Below are positions 30,875-40,326 of a DNA stretch of 64,000 nt, piece by piece. This stretch comes from Alphaproteobacteria bacterium (GTDB lineage: Bacteria > Pseudomonadota > Alphaproteobacteria > GCA-2731375). Below the pieces are notes generated by a model. That model searched no databases. It was not told the origin of the DNA and saw nothing but the letters and a program-made list of their open reading frames with translations. The stretch is from the NCBI GenBank assembly GCA_965232515.1, contig CBDDPY010000002.1, positions 2,240,001 to 2,304,000 on the forward strand, in the 5' to 3' direction. Each line of letters begins with the position of its first letter. The first letter of the stretch is position 1. Both the position numbers and the translations under genes were made by a program.

Positions 30875-32212
30875 TCAATCCAAGGTCTTCAGGACGTCGG
30901 CGATGGTGCCGAACATCTGGTCGATGTGCTGCTTCTCCAGGATCAGCGGCGGCGACAGGGCGATGATGTCGCCGGTGGTGCGGGTCAGAAGGCCCTTCTC
31001 GTAGCATTTGAGGAAGGCATCGAAGGCGCGCGCCGTCGGCTTGCCGGGGATGGGTTCCAGCTCGATACCGCAGACGATGCCGAGGTTGCGCAGGTCGACG
31101 ACATGCGGCGCGCCTTTCAGCGAATGCACGGCGTCTTCCCAATAAGGCGCCAGCTCGGCCGCGCGCTCGAACAGGCCGTCGTCGCGATAGATGTCGAGCG
31201 CCGCCAACCCGGCCGCGGCGGCCAGCGGGTGGCCGGAATAGGTATAGCCGTGGAACAGCTCAATGGCGTTGTCCGGGCCGTCCATGAAGGCGTCGTAGAT
31301 TTCGTTGCGCGCGATCGCCGCGCCCATGGGCACGGTGGCGTTCGTCAGGCCCTTGGCGCAGGTGATCAGGTCCGGCTTGACGCCGAAATATTCCGCCGCG
31401 AAGGAGGCGCCGAGGCGGCCGAAACCGGTGATGACCTCATCGAAGATCAGCAGGATGCCGTGCTTGTCGCAGATCTCGCGCAGGCGCTCGAGATAGCCCT
31501 TCGGCGGAATCAGCACGCCGGTCGAGCCGGCCATGGGCTCGACGATGACGGCCGCGATGGTCGAGGCATCGTGCAGCGCGACCAGGCGCTCCAGGTCCTC
31601 GGCCAGATGCGCGCCCCATTCGGGCTGCCCCCGGCTGAAGGCCATCTCGGACGGATCGTAGGTGTGGCGCAGATGGTCGACGCCGTTCACCAGCGGGCCG
31701 AAGAACTTGCGGTTGTTCGGGATGCCGCCAACGGAAATGCCGCCGAAGCCGACGCCGTGATAGCCGCGCTCGCGGCCGATCAACCGGGTGCGCGTGCCCT
31801 CGCCCCGGACACGGTGATAGGCGATGGCGATCTTCAGCGCGCTGTCGACCGCTTCGGAGCCGGAATTGGTGAAGAACACACGCTCCATCCCGGCGGGCAG
31901 GATCTCGGTCAGCCGGCTGGCGAACTCGAAGATAAGCGGGTGGCCCATCTGGAACGGTGGCGCATAGTCCATGACGTCGACCTGCGCCTTGACCGCTTCC
32001 TTGATCTCCTGCCGGCCATGGCCGCAATTGACCGCCCACATGCCGGCCGCGCCGTCCAGTACCTGCCGGCCGTCATGGCTGGTGTAGTGCATGCCCTCGG
32101 CCGCCACCAGCAGCCGCGGTGCGGACTTGAACTGCCGGTTCGCCGTGAACGGCATCCAGTAGTGTTCGAGGTTGTTCGGCTTGGCGTCCTTGGTCGTCAG
32201 CGGCTGGTTCAT
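30875..32212 (-). CDS. Class III aminotransferase, beta-alanine/omega-amino acid:pyruvate transaminase
   Basis: WMPFTANRQFK, NSGSEA, RGYHG, FDEVITGFGR, AKGL, HGYTYSGHP. Confidence 0.92.
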   Translation of the reverse strand: MNQPLTTKDAKPNNLEHYWMPFTANRQFKSAPRLLVAAEGMHYTSHDGRQVLDGAAGMWAVNCGHGRQEIKEAVKAQVDVMDYAPPFQMGHPLIFEFASRLTEILPAGMERVFFTNSGSEAVDSALKIAIAYHRVRGEGTRTRLIGRERGYHGVGFGGISVGGIPNNRKFFGPLVNGVDHLRHTYDPSEMAFSRGQPEWGAHLAEDLERLVALHDASTIAAVIVEPMAGSTGVLIPPKGYLERLREICDKHGILLIFDEVITGFGRLGASFAAEYFGVKPDLITCAKGLTNATVPMGAAIARNEIYDAFMDGPDNAIELFHGYTYSGHPLAAAAGLAALDIYRDDGLFERAAELAPYWEDAVHSLKGAPHVVDLRNLGIVCGIELEPIPGKPTARAFDAFLKCYEKGLLTRTTGDIIALSPPLILEKQHIDQMFGTIADVLKTLD

Positions 32213-32288
32213 TGCCGGGCCTCCCGCGTGAAAGTTCCCGCAACTGTATCAGGCGCAAGGGCACTGGCAAGTACCCGAAACACCGATG

Positions 32289-33662
32289 TCAGGCGGTCGC
32301 CAGCGTATAGACCAGACCGAGGCCGGCGCAGGCGGCGAGCGTCGGCACCATGCCGACCTTGAAGCGCAGCATGGCCAGCATGGCGGCGGCCGCCAGCGCC
32401 ACGGACGCCGCGTCGACGGTGGCCCAGACCGGCAGGTCGAGCGCCATGCCGAAACCCTGCCAGGGGCGCAGCTCGCCGAAGCTGACATGCAGGGCGAACC
32501 AGACCGCGAGATTCAGAACCACGCCGACGATGGCCGCCGTGATCGCCGAGAGGGCCGATGTCAGCGCCCGGTTGCCGCGCAGCGATTCGACATACGGGCC
32601 ACCGAGGAAGATCCAGATATAGCAGGGCACGAAGGTGACCCAGGTGGTGAGCAGCGCGCCCAGCGTGCCGGCGAGCATGGGGTCGAGCAGGCCCGGATTG
32701 CGGTAGGCGCCGAGGAAACCGACGAACTGCACGACCATGATCAGCGGCCCCGGCGTGGTCTCGGCCAGGCCCAGGCCGTCCAGCATCTCGCCCGGTTGCA
32801 GCCAGCCGTAGTTCTCGACCGCCTGCTGCGCCACATAGGCCAGCAAGGCATAGGCGCCGCCGAAGGTGACGACCGCCATCTTGCTGAAGAAGAAGCCTTC
32901 CTGGGCATAGACGTGGGTCGGGCCGAGCAGGGCGAACAGGACGACCACGGGGCCGAGCCAGAGCAGAAGACCGATCGTCAGAACCCTGAGCGCACGGGCG
33001 GCCGACGGCCGCGTATGGTCCAGGCGGCCGGCGGCCAATGCCGCGTCGATGGCGCCCGCCTCGCCGCTCTCGCCGTCACTCTTGCCGCCATTGGCCGCGA
33101 ACAGCTTTGGGAACAGCCAGCCGGCGAGGAGGCCGATCAGACCGGCGCCGATGACGATCAACGGAAACGCCACGTCGAAGAAGAAGATGGCGACGAAGGC
33201 GGCGGCGGCGAGCGCCAGCATCAGTCCGTTTTTCAGCGCCCGCCGGCCGAGGCGCAGCACGGCCTCGACGACGACGGCGAGCACGGCGGCCTTGATGCCG
33301 AAAAACAGGCCCTGCACCAGCGTCAGGTCCTGGTAGCCGACATAGAGCAGACTCAAGGCCAGCATGACGACGACACCCGGCAGCACGAACAGCGTGCCGG
33401 CCACCAGGCCGCCGCGCAGGCGATGCAGCAGCCAGCCGATGTAGACGGTCAGCTGCTGCGCCTCGGGGCCGGGCAGCAACATGCAATAGTTCAGCGCGTG
33501 CAGGAACCGGCCCTCGCCGATCCAGCGCTTCTCCTCCACCAGGATGCGGTGCATCAGCGCGATCTGGGCGGCCGGCCCGCCGAAACTCAGCAGGCCGATG
33601 CGCGTCCAGACCTTCAGCGCCTCGCGGAACGGAACGACGTCGACGGGCCGCGTATCAGGCAT
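32289..33662 (-). CDS. chrA: Chromate efflux transporter
   Basis: Two repeats: SFGGPAAQI/LPGPEA and TFGGAY/TTPGP. Confidence 0.93.
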   Translation of the reverse strand: MPDTRPVDVVPFREALKVWTRIGLLSFGGPAAQIALMHRILVEEKRWIGEGRFLHALNYCMLLPGPEAQQLTVYIGWLLHRLRGGLVAGTLFVLPGVVVMLALSLLYVGYQDLTLVQGLFFGIKAAVLAVVVEAVLRLGRRALKNGLMLALAAAAFVAIFFFDVAFPLIVIGAGLIGLLAGWLFPKLFAANGGKSDGESGEAGAIDAALAAGRLDHTRPSAARALRVLTIGLLLWLGPVVVLFALLGPTHVYAQEGFFFSKMAVVTFGGAYALLAYVAQQAVENYGWLQPGEMLDGLGLAETTPGPLIMVVQFVGFLGAYRNPGLLDPMLAGTLGALLTTWVTFVPCYIWIFLGGPYVESLRGNRALTSALSAITAAIVGVVLNLAVWFALHVSFGELRPWQGFGMALDLPVWATVDAASVALAAAAMLAMLRFKVGMVPTLAACAGLGLVYTLATA

Positions 33663-34012
33663 CAGCCCACCCGTGCAGCCGTCGATTTCGGCGCGGTCGC
33701 GCCGCCGGCATCCCGCCAGCCTTCGATGCCGCCCTCTAGAAAGCGTGCCCTAAATCCCCGGTCGCGCAACGCCTGTGCCGCGCCCTGAGAGACCTCGTGG
33801 CCGTGCACGCAGTAGACGACGATATCGGCATCGGCCGGCAGGTCAGTGGACCAATCGGCGAGCGCTTCCGGCCCGCCGCGCGCGGCACCGGGGATCACGG
33901 CGTCGTCGGCAGCGAAGGCCGGTTGCTTGCGCACATCGACAACCAGAGGCCGGTCGGCCGCCTCCAATCGCGACTTAAGTTGCTGTGGAGATATCGAGGT
34001 ATCCAAACACAT
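33662..34012 (-). CDS. Single-domain rhodanese (ChrE-like)
   Basis: VDVR, IPGA, YCVHGHEVS, LEGGIEGW. Coupled to chrA. Start ATG 34012 or TTG 34006. Confidence 0.85.
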   Translation of the reverse strand: MCLDTSISPQQLKSRLEAADRPLVVDVRKQPAFAADDAVIPGAARGGPEALADWSTDLPADADIVVYCVHGHEVSQGAAQALRDRGFRARFLEGGIEGWRDAGGATAPKSTAARVG

Positions 34013-34186
34013 GCTCCCGCTCCTTCTCTCATGAAGCGTCGAGCAGGGCTTGGATGGCACGCCATCTTGGGAATGCCGGGAGCCTGCGTTACCCCGGCGA
34101 GCGGATGATAGTCCGGCGCATCGCGGGCGGCAATTCAATTGATCCGCTGGGCGCGACGATGCGTAGAACCGGTCGGGAGATCGGAT

Positions 34187-34990
34187 ATGCGGCGGCGGCA
34201 GGCAACACTTCTGATTGGCGGAACACTGCTGCTGACCGCGGCGCGCATGGGCGCCCCCGTCACGGCCCTCGCAACAGAGCGACCGCCAGATATGCAGACC
34301 TATCTCGGTCCACATGGTTTCATCGACTCCGACGCCCCTTCCATCCGCGACGCCGCGGCGGCGGCAATCGCCGGCGCGCGCGGCGACCGCGAACGGGCCA
34401 TTCGCATTCATGATTTCGTCCGCGATGACGTCAGGTTCGGCTGGGCACCGGCCTTCTACGAGATGTCGGCGTCGGACGTGCTGGCGGCCGGGGTTGGCTA
34501 TTGCAACACCAAGTCGACGCTGTTCGTGGCGCTGCTGCGCGCGGCCGGCATCCCGGCGCGGCAGGTGTTTGTCGACATCTCGGCGCGCATCCTCGGCGGG
34601 CTGATCGATCCCGGCACGGCTTATGTCGATCATTCCTACACCGAGGTCCGGCTCGACGGCCGCTGGATCAAGCTCGACAGCTATATCGTCGACCAGCCGC
34701 TGTTCGACCGCGCCTCGGAACGGCTGCGCCATGAGGACCGGATGCTGGGCTATGGCGTGCATGTCGATGGTCAATGCGATTGGGATGGCGATGGCGACAG
34801 CTTCGCGCAGTTCGTCGACAACGGCCGGGTGCCGGACCTGACGAGCCGCCGATACGGCAGGTATGCCGACGTCGCCGCGTTCTATGCATACGAGGACGGC
34901 TGGAACGAAAAGAGCCTCGTCTCCGATATCGCCTTCCGCCTGTTCGTGGGCGGCGCCAACAGGAACATCGCCCGCCTGCGGGAAAGCTGA
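34187..34990 (+). CDS. Transglutaminase-like protein, probably exported
   Basis: Cys-His-Asp motifs GYCNTKS, DHSYTEV, WIKLD. Basic + hydrophobic N-terminus. Confidence 0.85.
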   Translation: MRRRQATLLIGGTLLLTAARMGAPVTALATERPPDMQTYLGPHGFIDSDAPSIRDAAAAAIAGARGDRERAIRIHDFVRDDVRFGWAPAFYEMSASDVLAAGVGYCNTKSTLFVALLRAAGIPARQVFVDISARILGGLIDPGTAYVDHSYTEVRLDGRWIKLDSYIVDQPLFDRASERLRHEDRMLGYGVHVDGQCDWDGDGDSFAQFVDNGRVPDLTSRRYGRYADVAAFYAYEDGWNEKSLVSDIAFRLFVGGANRNIARLRES

Positions 34991-35063
34991 CTTCACGGTC
35001 GGCCCGACGGCGTTATCCGGCTAGACTTTCGCTGGCGCTTAACGGTGTGCGGGAGGAGCGGCG

Positions 35064-36500
35064 ATGGCGGGCTTTCAGGACTTCGAAAATTACGACGGAT
35101 TGGGTCTGGCAGACCTGGTGCGGCGCGGCGAGACGACGGCCGAAGAGCTGCTGGATGCGGCGATCGGGCTGTGCGAAGCGCGAAACGGCCAGGTCAACGC
35201 CGTCATCCGCGAGCTGTTCGACCTGGGCGCCCGGCAGATCGCGGACGGGCTGCCGGACGGGCCGTTCCGCGGCGTGCCGTATCTGCTGAAGGATCTGACG
35301 GCGTCGCTCGCCGGGGTGCCGATGACGCGCGGCAGCCGCTATTTCATGGACTCTGCGCCGCCGGCAGAAGACAGCGAATATGTGAAGCGCCTGAAAGGGG
35401 CAGGGCTGGTGATCTATGGCCGGACCAATTCCTGCGAGCTGGGCCTGAGCCTGACCTGCGAGCCAGTGGCCTATGGCGCCTCGCACAATCCCTGGGACCT
35501 GAGCCGGACGCCGGGCGGCTCCAGCGGCGGCTCGGCGGCGGCGGTCGGCGCGCGCATGCTGCCGATGGCGCACGCCACCGACGGTTTCGGCTCGATCCGC
35601 GCGCCCGCCGCCTGCTGCGGCCTGGTCGGCCTGAAGCCGACGCGGGCGCGCAACTCCTCGGCTCCGACGCTGGGCGAAGGCCTGGGCGGACTCGCGGCCG
35701 AGCACGCGGTGACGTTGTCGGTGCGTGACAGCGCGGCGCTGCTGGACGCGACCGCCGGCCCGGTGCCGGGCGATCCCTATCAGGCGCCGCCGCCGACGCC
35801 GTTCCTGGCCGCGGTCGGCGCGGACGGACCACCGCTGCGCATCGCCGTCACCAAGACCCCGCCGAACGGCGCGCCCGTGGCGGACGACAGCCTGCGGGTG
35901 CTGGACGAGACGGCGGCGCTCTGCGCCGAGCTGGGTCACACAATCGACAACGCCGATCCGGCGATCGAGCGCGAGGGGGTGATCCCGACCTTCCTGACCA
36001 TCATGGCCGCGAACACGGTGGTGAACCTGTCGACGCACCCCAACGCCACGCAGCCGGCGGGGCCCGAGGATGTCGAGAAGGTCACTTGGGCCTGCGCCGA
36101 GATGGGCGAGAAGGTCTCCGGCGCCGATTATGTGCGGGCGACGCAGACCGCGCACCGGCTCGGCCGACAGATGGCGGCGTTCCACCAGGATTGGGATGTG
36201 CTGCTGACGCCGGGCCTGGCGACACTGCCGCCCAAGCTCGGCCACCTCGACATGATGATGGACGATGTCGACGAATATTGGGCCCGCGTGTTCGACTTCT
36301 CGCCGTTCACGGTCTGGTTCAACATCACCGGCCAGCCGGCGATGATGCTGCCCATCGGCGCGACAACAGACGGCTTCCCGATCGCCGTGCAGCTGGTCGC
36401 CCGCTTCGGCGACGAGGCCACCCTCTTCCGCCTCGCCGGCCAGCTCGAAAAGGCCCGCCCCTGGTTCGACCGGCGTCCGATGATCTCTGCATCGACATAA
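35064..36500 (+). CDS. Amidase signature family enzyme
   Basis: [23 protein letters not shown]. Confidence 0.93.
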   Translation: MAGFQDFENYDGLGLADLVRRGETTAEELLDAAIGLCEARNGQVNAVIRELFDLGARQIADGLPDGPFRGVPYLLKDLTASLAGVPMTRGSRYFMDSAPPAEDSEYVKRLKGAGLVIYGRTNSCELGLSLTCEPVAYGASHNPWDLSRTPGGSSGGSAAAVGARMLPMAHATDGFGSIRAPAACCGLVGLKPTRARNSSAPTLGEGLGGLAAEHAVTLSVRDSAALLDATAGPVPGDPYQAPPPTPFLAAVGADGPPLRIAVTKTPPNGAPVADDSLRVLDETAALCAELGHTIDNADPAIEREGVIPTFLTIMAANTVVNLSTHPNATQPAGPEDVEKVTWACAEMGEKVSGADYVRATQTAHRLGRQMAAFHQDWDVLLTPGLATLPPKLGHLDMMMDDVDEYWARVFDFSPFTVWFNITGQPAMMLPIGATTDGFPIAVQLVARFGDEATLFRLAGQLEKARPWFDRRPMISAST

Positions 36501-36547
36501 GCGGTCTGAAATCAAGCGACGGATTGCCAATCCAATGAAACCGAAGC

Positions 36548-36576
36548 GGCTTGCCGGCTTCCGAAGCGGGCAAGCC
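36548..36576. terminator. GC-rich hairpin after the amidase gene
   Basis: GGCTTGCCGGCTT-ccg-AAGCGGGCAAGCC. No clear U-tract. Confidence 0.4.
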
Positions 36577-36711
36577 TCAAAAAGACAAATCAGATCGGAA
36601 GCATCACACAATTAGGTTGCGATGGAGAGAAATTTTTAAATTTCAAGTCGTGAAACGCATCTAAAAGTTGAATATCCTTCGCAATCGTTTGATTCTTGCG
36701 GAGGGCACAAG

Positions 36712-37704
36712 ATGACCGCGACATTTGCCGAGGCCTACAACGACATACTGGATCGCTTTCAGACAACGTGGAACCCAACCGGGTTCCTCGCCGAACTTCA
36801 AAATACACCGCCGCCGACCCCGATTGTTGGCGAACCATGGGCTCGTCTGATCGTTGAGCATACTGGGAACCAAACATCAGTCATGGCGGGACAGTTTTGC
36901 GACCGCATTGGCACGATCACGGTTGAGATATTTGTCCCGAAGGACGAAGGTCTCACCCGCGGCTATGGGTTGGCCCGAACGATCATTCAAGCATTTCAGG
37001 GTATTCCAACACCGAAAAACGTCTGGTTCAGAAACGCCCGATTGAATGAAATCGGTCTCAGTACCAACTGGTTCCAAATCGATGTACTGATCGATTTCGA
37101 ATACTTTGCTGTTCCTGGTGCATCGGCGCCGGTTCTTCTTAACTTCACGCAGTGGAGTCAGACAGACCGAATTCCTGGAAACTGGGTGTTCAGCAATAAT
37201 GACCGGTCTTTTCAATCACCCGACGATGCTGCTGGTGGGCTTCGCGCCATCCATAGCAATGACGTCGGAAAATTTTACTGGGAAATGTTCTACGCTGGTG
37301 CCAATGCCTCGGGACAGAACTTCCCAGATGCACTGGGGATTGGTGTGGCGCGTTCTGACCAGCCACTAACAGGTTCGTCGAACATCAATCCACCGTTTGC
37401 CTTCATGAACACACCCAGCGGGTTTGTTCCTGGCGCGACGGTCGTGCGTTTCGCATTGGACCTTGATGTGGGAGCGCTTTGGACGTCCAAGGATGCTGTT
37501 TGGGACAATGGCGCTACGACGTTAGAGATCGAAGCCGGAAACACGACAAATGCAACAGGAACCGGCCTCACCGGGAGCTATTTTCCTTACTTCCAAGATG
37601 GTGGAACGGCAGAATCTTACTGGTGGGACGCTAATTTCGGTCAATCCGCCTTTGCTCATCCCGTGCCCAATGGATTTCTCCCAGGCTTCGGTTTGGTCGG
37701 ATAG
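36712..37704 (+). CDS. Fusion of a phage tail-terminator-like domain (DUF4128-like) and a SPRY/B30.2-like domain
   Basis: N-terminus: PWARL.V..R.G.I.VEIFVP..G..A..I..AF..VWFRNA..EIG..WFQIDV..DFEY. C-terminus: FSNND, GKFYWE, IGV, ALDLD.G.LW, YFPY, ANFGQSAF.HP.P.GF. RBS GGAGGG. AT-richer than flanks. Confidence 0.75.
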   Translation: MTATFAEAYNDILDRFQTTWNPTGFLAELQNTPPPTPIVGEPWARLIVEHTGNQTSVMAGQFCDRIGTITVEIFVPKDEGLTRGYGLARTIIQAFQGIPTPKNVWFRNARLNEIGLSTNWFQIDVLIDFEYFAVPGASAPVLLNFTQWSQTDRIPGNWVFSNNDRSFQSPDDAAGGLRAIHSNDVGKFYWEMFYAGANASGQNFPDALGIGVARSDQPLTGSSNINPPFAFMNTPSGFVPGATVVRFALDLDVGALWTSKDAVWDNGATTLEIEAGNTTNATGTGLTGSYFPYFQDGGTAESYWWDANFGQSAFAHPVPNGFLPGFGLVG

Positions 37705-37828
37705 AGAAACTTCGACGCCCCAAGCTAAGCCGTTTTAGAAACAGGCTTTCCGCTGCCTCACCAGCCCAAGTTTGGGCTGCCTAGCCGACGACAACAACGT
37801 TCAATCAACCACCTACGAGACCCGGACG

Positions 37829-38959
37829 CTAGAGCGCCATATACCGCCGGAGGTGGTGGTCCTTGTTGCCGAACATGATGTCGATCATGGTCAGGCGCTT
37901 GAAGTAGTGGCCGACGCGCAGTTCGTCGGTCATGCCCATGCCGCCGTGCAGCTGGACCGATTCCTGGCCGATGAAGCGGCCGCTGTTGCCGATCTGCACC
38001 TTGGCGGCCGAGACCGACTTCTTACGGGCGTTGGCGTCTTCGTCTTCGAGGTTCAGCGTCGCCATGTAGGCCATCGAGCGCGACTGCTCGTATTCCATGA
38101 ACATGTCGACCATGCGGTGCTGCAGCACCTGGAACTTCGACAGCGGCTGGCCGAACTGCTTGCGGGTCTTGAGATATTCGTTGGTGTCGTCGTGCAGCAC
38201 CTTCATGCAGCCAACGGCCTCGGCACAGAGTGCCGCCGTGGCATGGTCGGCGACGGTCTCCAGCAGGGTCAGGCCCTCGTCGACCGGGCCGATGACGGCA
38301 TCGTCGCCGACCGCGACGTTGTCGAAGGCGATCTCGGCCGCGCGCAGGCCGTCGACGGTGGGATAGTCGCGGCGCGTGATGCCGCCGGCCATGGCGTCGA
38401 CCAGGAACAGGGTAATGCCCGCCTTGTCGCGCCGCTCGCCCGAGGTGCGGGCCGAGACGACCAGCATGTCGGCGCAGCCGCCATGCAGCACGACGCCCTT
38501 CTGGCCGTTCAGCACATAGCCGCCGCCGTTTTTCGTAGCGGTCAGGGCGACATCGTGGAGGTCGTAGCGCGATTGCGGCTCGGCATAGGCCAGCGCCAGC
38601 ATGCACTGGCCCTCGGCCAGCTTCGGCAGCCACTCCCGTTTCTGCTCGTCGCGGCCGCCCAGCATCAGGGCGCCGCCGCCCATCACCACGCTGGCGAGAT
38701 AGGGCTCGAGCACCAGGCCGCCGCCGAGCGCTTCCATGATGATCATGGTCTCGACCGGGCCGCCGCCGATGCCGCCGAATTCCTCCGGCAGCGACACGGC
38801 AAGCCAGCCGAGCTCGGCCATCTGCTTCCAGTTGTCGCGGCTGAAACCGTCGGCCGATTGCGCCAGCGCGCGGCGTTTGTCGAACTCATAGGCCTCCCGC
38901 ACGAAACGGTCGACACTGTCCTTCAGGAGCTGCTGCTCCTCCGATAGCGAAAAATCCAT
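37829..38959 (-). CDS. Acyl-CoA dehydrogenase, small (PimD-like) subunit
   Basis: RKQFGQPLSKFQVLQHR, QLHGGMGMTDE. Lacks the C-terminal catalytic Glu (FGNKDHH). Confidence 0.88.
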   Translation of the reverse strand: MDFSLSEEQQLLKDSVDRFVREAYEFDKRRALAQSADGFSRDNWKQMAELGWLAVSLPEEFGGIGGGPVETMIIMEALGGGLVLEPYLASVVMGGGALMLGGRDEQKREWLPKLAEGQCMLALAYAEPQSRYDLHDVALTATKNGGGYVLNGQKGVVLHGGCADMLVVSARTSGERRDKAGITLFLVDAMAGGITRRDYPTVDGLRAAEIAFDNVAVGDDAVIGPVDEGLTLLETVADHATAALCAEAVGCMKVLHDDTNEYLKTRKQFGQPLSKFQVLQHRMVDMFMEYEQSRSMAYMATLNLEDEDANARKKSVSAAKVQIGNSGRFIGQESVQLHGGMGMTDELRVGHYFKRLTMIDIMFGNKDHHLRRYMAL

Positions 38960-39021
38960 GACGCTTCCCTAGTAACTCTTATTTCGCGGCCCTTCGGGCC
39001 CAGGCTCGATCGGCCGCTCGC

Positions 39022-40218
39022 TTAAAGGCCAAGCACCATCTTGGCCATGATGTTCTTCTGGATCTCGTTGGTGCCGCCGTAGATCGACGTCTTCCGCCAA
39101 TTGAAATAGGTCGGCGCCAACGGTGGCGCGTAAGCCGGCCCGATCGGCGCCTCGTTCCAACCGTAGTCGAGCGCCTCGCGCACGTAGGGCTGGGCGTAGT
39201 AGCCGACCGCCTCCATCAACAGCTCGCTGATGCCCTGCTGGATCTCGGTGCCCCGGATCTTCAACAGGCTGGTCTCGGCGCCGGGCGGCTTGCCGGCGTT
39301 CTCGCTGATGACGTAGCGCAGCTCGGTCATTTCGAGCGCGCTGAGATCGATCTCCAGCTTCGCCACCTTCTCGCGGAAATCGGTGTCCTCGATCAGCGGC
39401 GCGCCGGACATGGTCTCGTGGCCGGCGATGTCCTTGAGACGCTCGATCTGCGCCTTCGAGCGGCCGACGGCGGCGATGCCGGAGCGCTCGTGGCCAAGCA
39501 GGAACTTGGCGTAGGTCCAGCCCTTGTTCTCCTCGCCGACCAGGTTCTCGGCCGGCACGCGCACGTCGCTGAAGAACACGGTGTTGATCTCGGCGCTGCC
39601 GTCGATGGTGACAATGGGCTGCACCTCAACGCCGGGTGTGGTCATGTCGATCAGCAGGAAGGAAATGCCCTCCTGCGCCTTGGCGTCGGGATCGGTGCGC
39701 ACCAGGCAGAAGATCATGTTCGCGTGCTGGGCCAGCGTGGTCCAGGTTTTGGAGCCGTTGACGATGTAATGGTCGCCGTCGCGCACGGCCCGCGTGCCGA
39801 GCGAGGCGAGATCGGAGCCCGAGCCCGGCTCGGAATAGCCCTGGCACCACCAGTCCTCGCTGGTCAGGATGCGCGGCAGGTAATGCGCCTTCTGTTCATC
39901 GCTGCCGAACGTATAGATGACAGGCGCGACCATCTTGGTGCCGAACGGCACGACACGCGGCGAATGGCCGCGGGCCAGCTCTTCCTCGAAGATGTAGCGC
40001 TGCATCGGTGTCCAACCGGTGCCGCCATGCTCGACCGGCCAGTGCGGCGCCAGCCAGCCACGGTCGTTCAGAATACGCTGCCAGCGGACGAAATCGTCCT
40101 TCTCCAGCTTGCGTCCGTGCGCGACCTTTTCACGAATATCGGCCGGCAGGTTCTCTTCGATAAAGCCGCGCACCTCGCGCTGAAAAGCGAGATCGTCATC
40201 GGTCAGTTGCAGGTCCAT
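39022..40218 (-). CDS. Acyl-CoA dehydrogenase, large (PimC-like) subunit
   Basis: WWCQGYSEPGSGSDLASL, IYGGTNEIQ. Confidence 0.9.
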   Translation of the reverse strand: MDLQLTDDDLAFQREVRGFIEENLPADIREKVAHGRKLEKDDFVRWQRILNDRGWLAPHWPVEHGGTGWTPMQRYIFEEELARGHSPRVVPFGTKMVAPVIYTFGSDEQKAHYLPRILTSEDWWCQGYSEPGSGSDLASLGTRAVRDGDHYIVNGSKTWTTLAQHANMIFCLVRTDPDAKAQEGISFLLIDMTTPGVEVQPIVTIDGSAEINTVFFSDVRVPAENLVGEENKGWTYAKFLLGHERSGIAAVGRSKAQIERLKDIAGHETMSGAPLIEDTDFREKVAKLEIDLSALEMTELRYVISENAGKPPGAETSLLKIRGTEIQQGISELLMEAVGYYAQPYVREALDYGWNEAPIGPAYAPPLAPTYFNWRKTSIYGGTNEIQKNIMAKMVLGL

Positions 40219-40326
40219 GGCGCGCGCGCCTCCTCATGTCAGCTCGGCTGCTTTACCACCTGACGTAGCACGATCCGACGGCGCATCAAAGCCTGCCAGC
40301 GGTGACGTTTCGGAGTCGGTTCGATT

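Noticed and set aside
37730-37780. GTTTTAGA motif resembling the start of a type II CRISPR repeat, plus a short hairpin
   Set aside because: Single short match with no array, anti-repeat or cas gene.
36500-37830. Prophage or integrative element around the tail-terminator-like gene
   Set aside because: No integrase, tRNA target, att-like direct repeats or other phage genes are visible.
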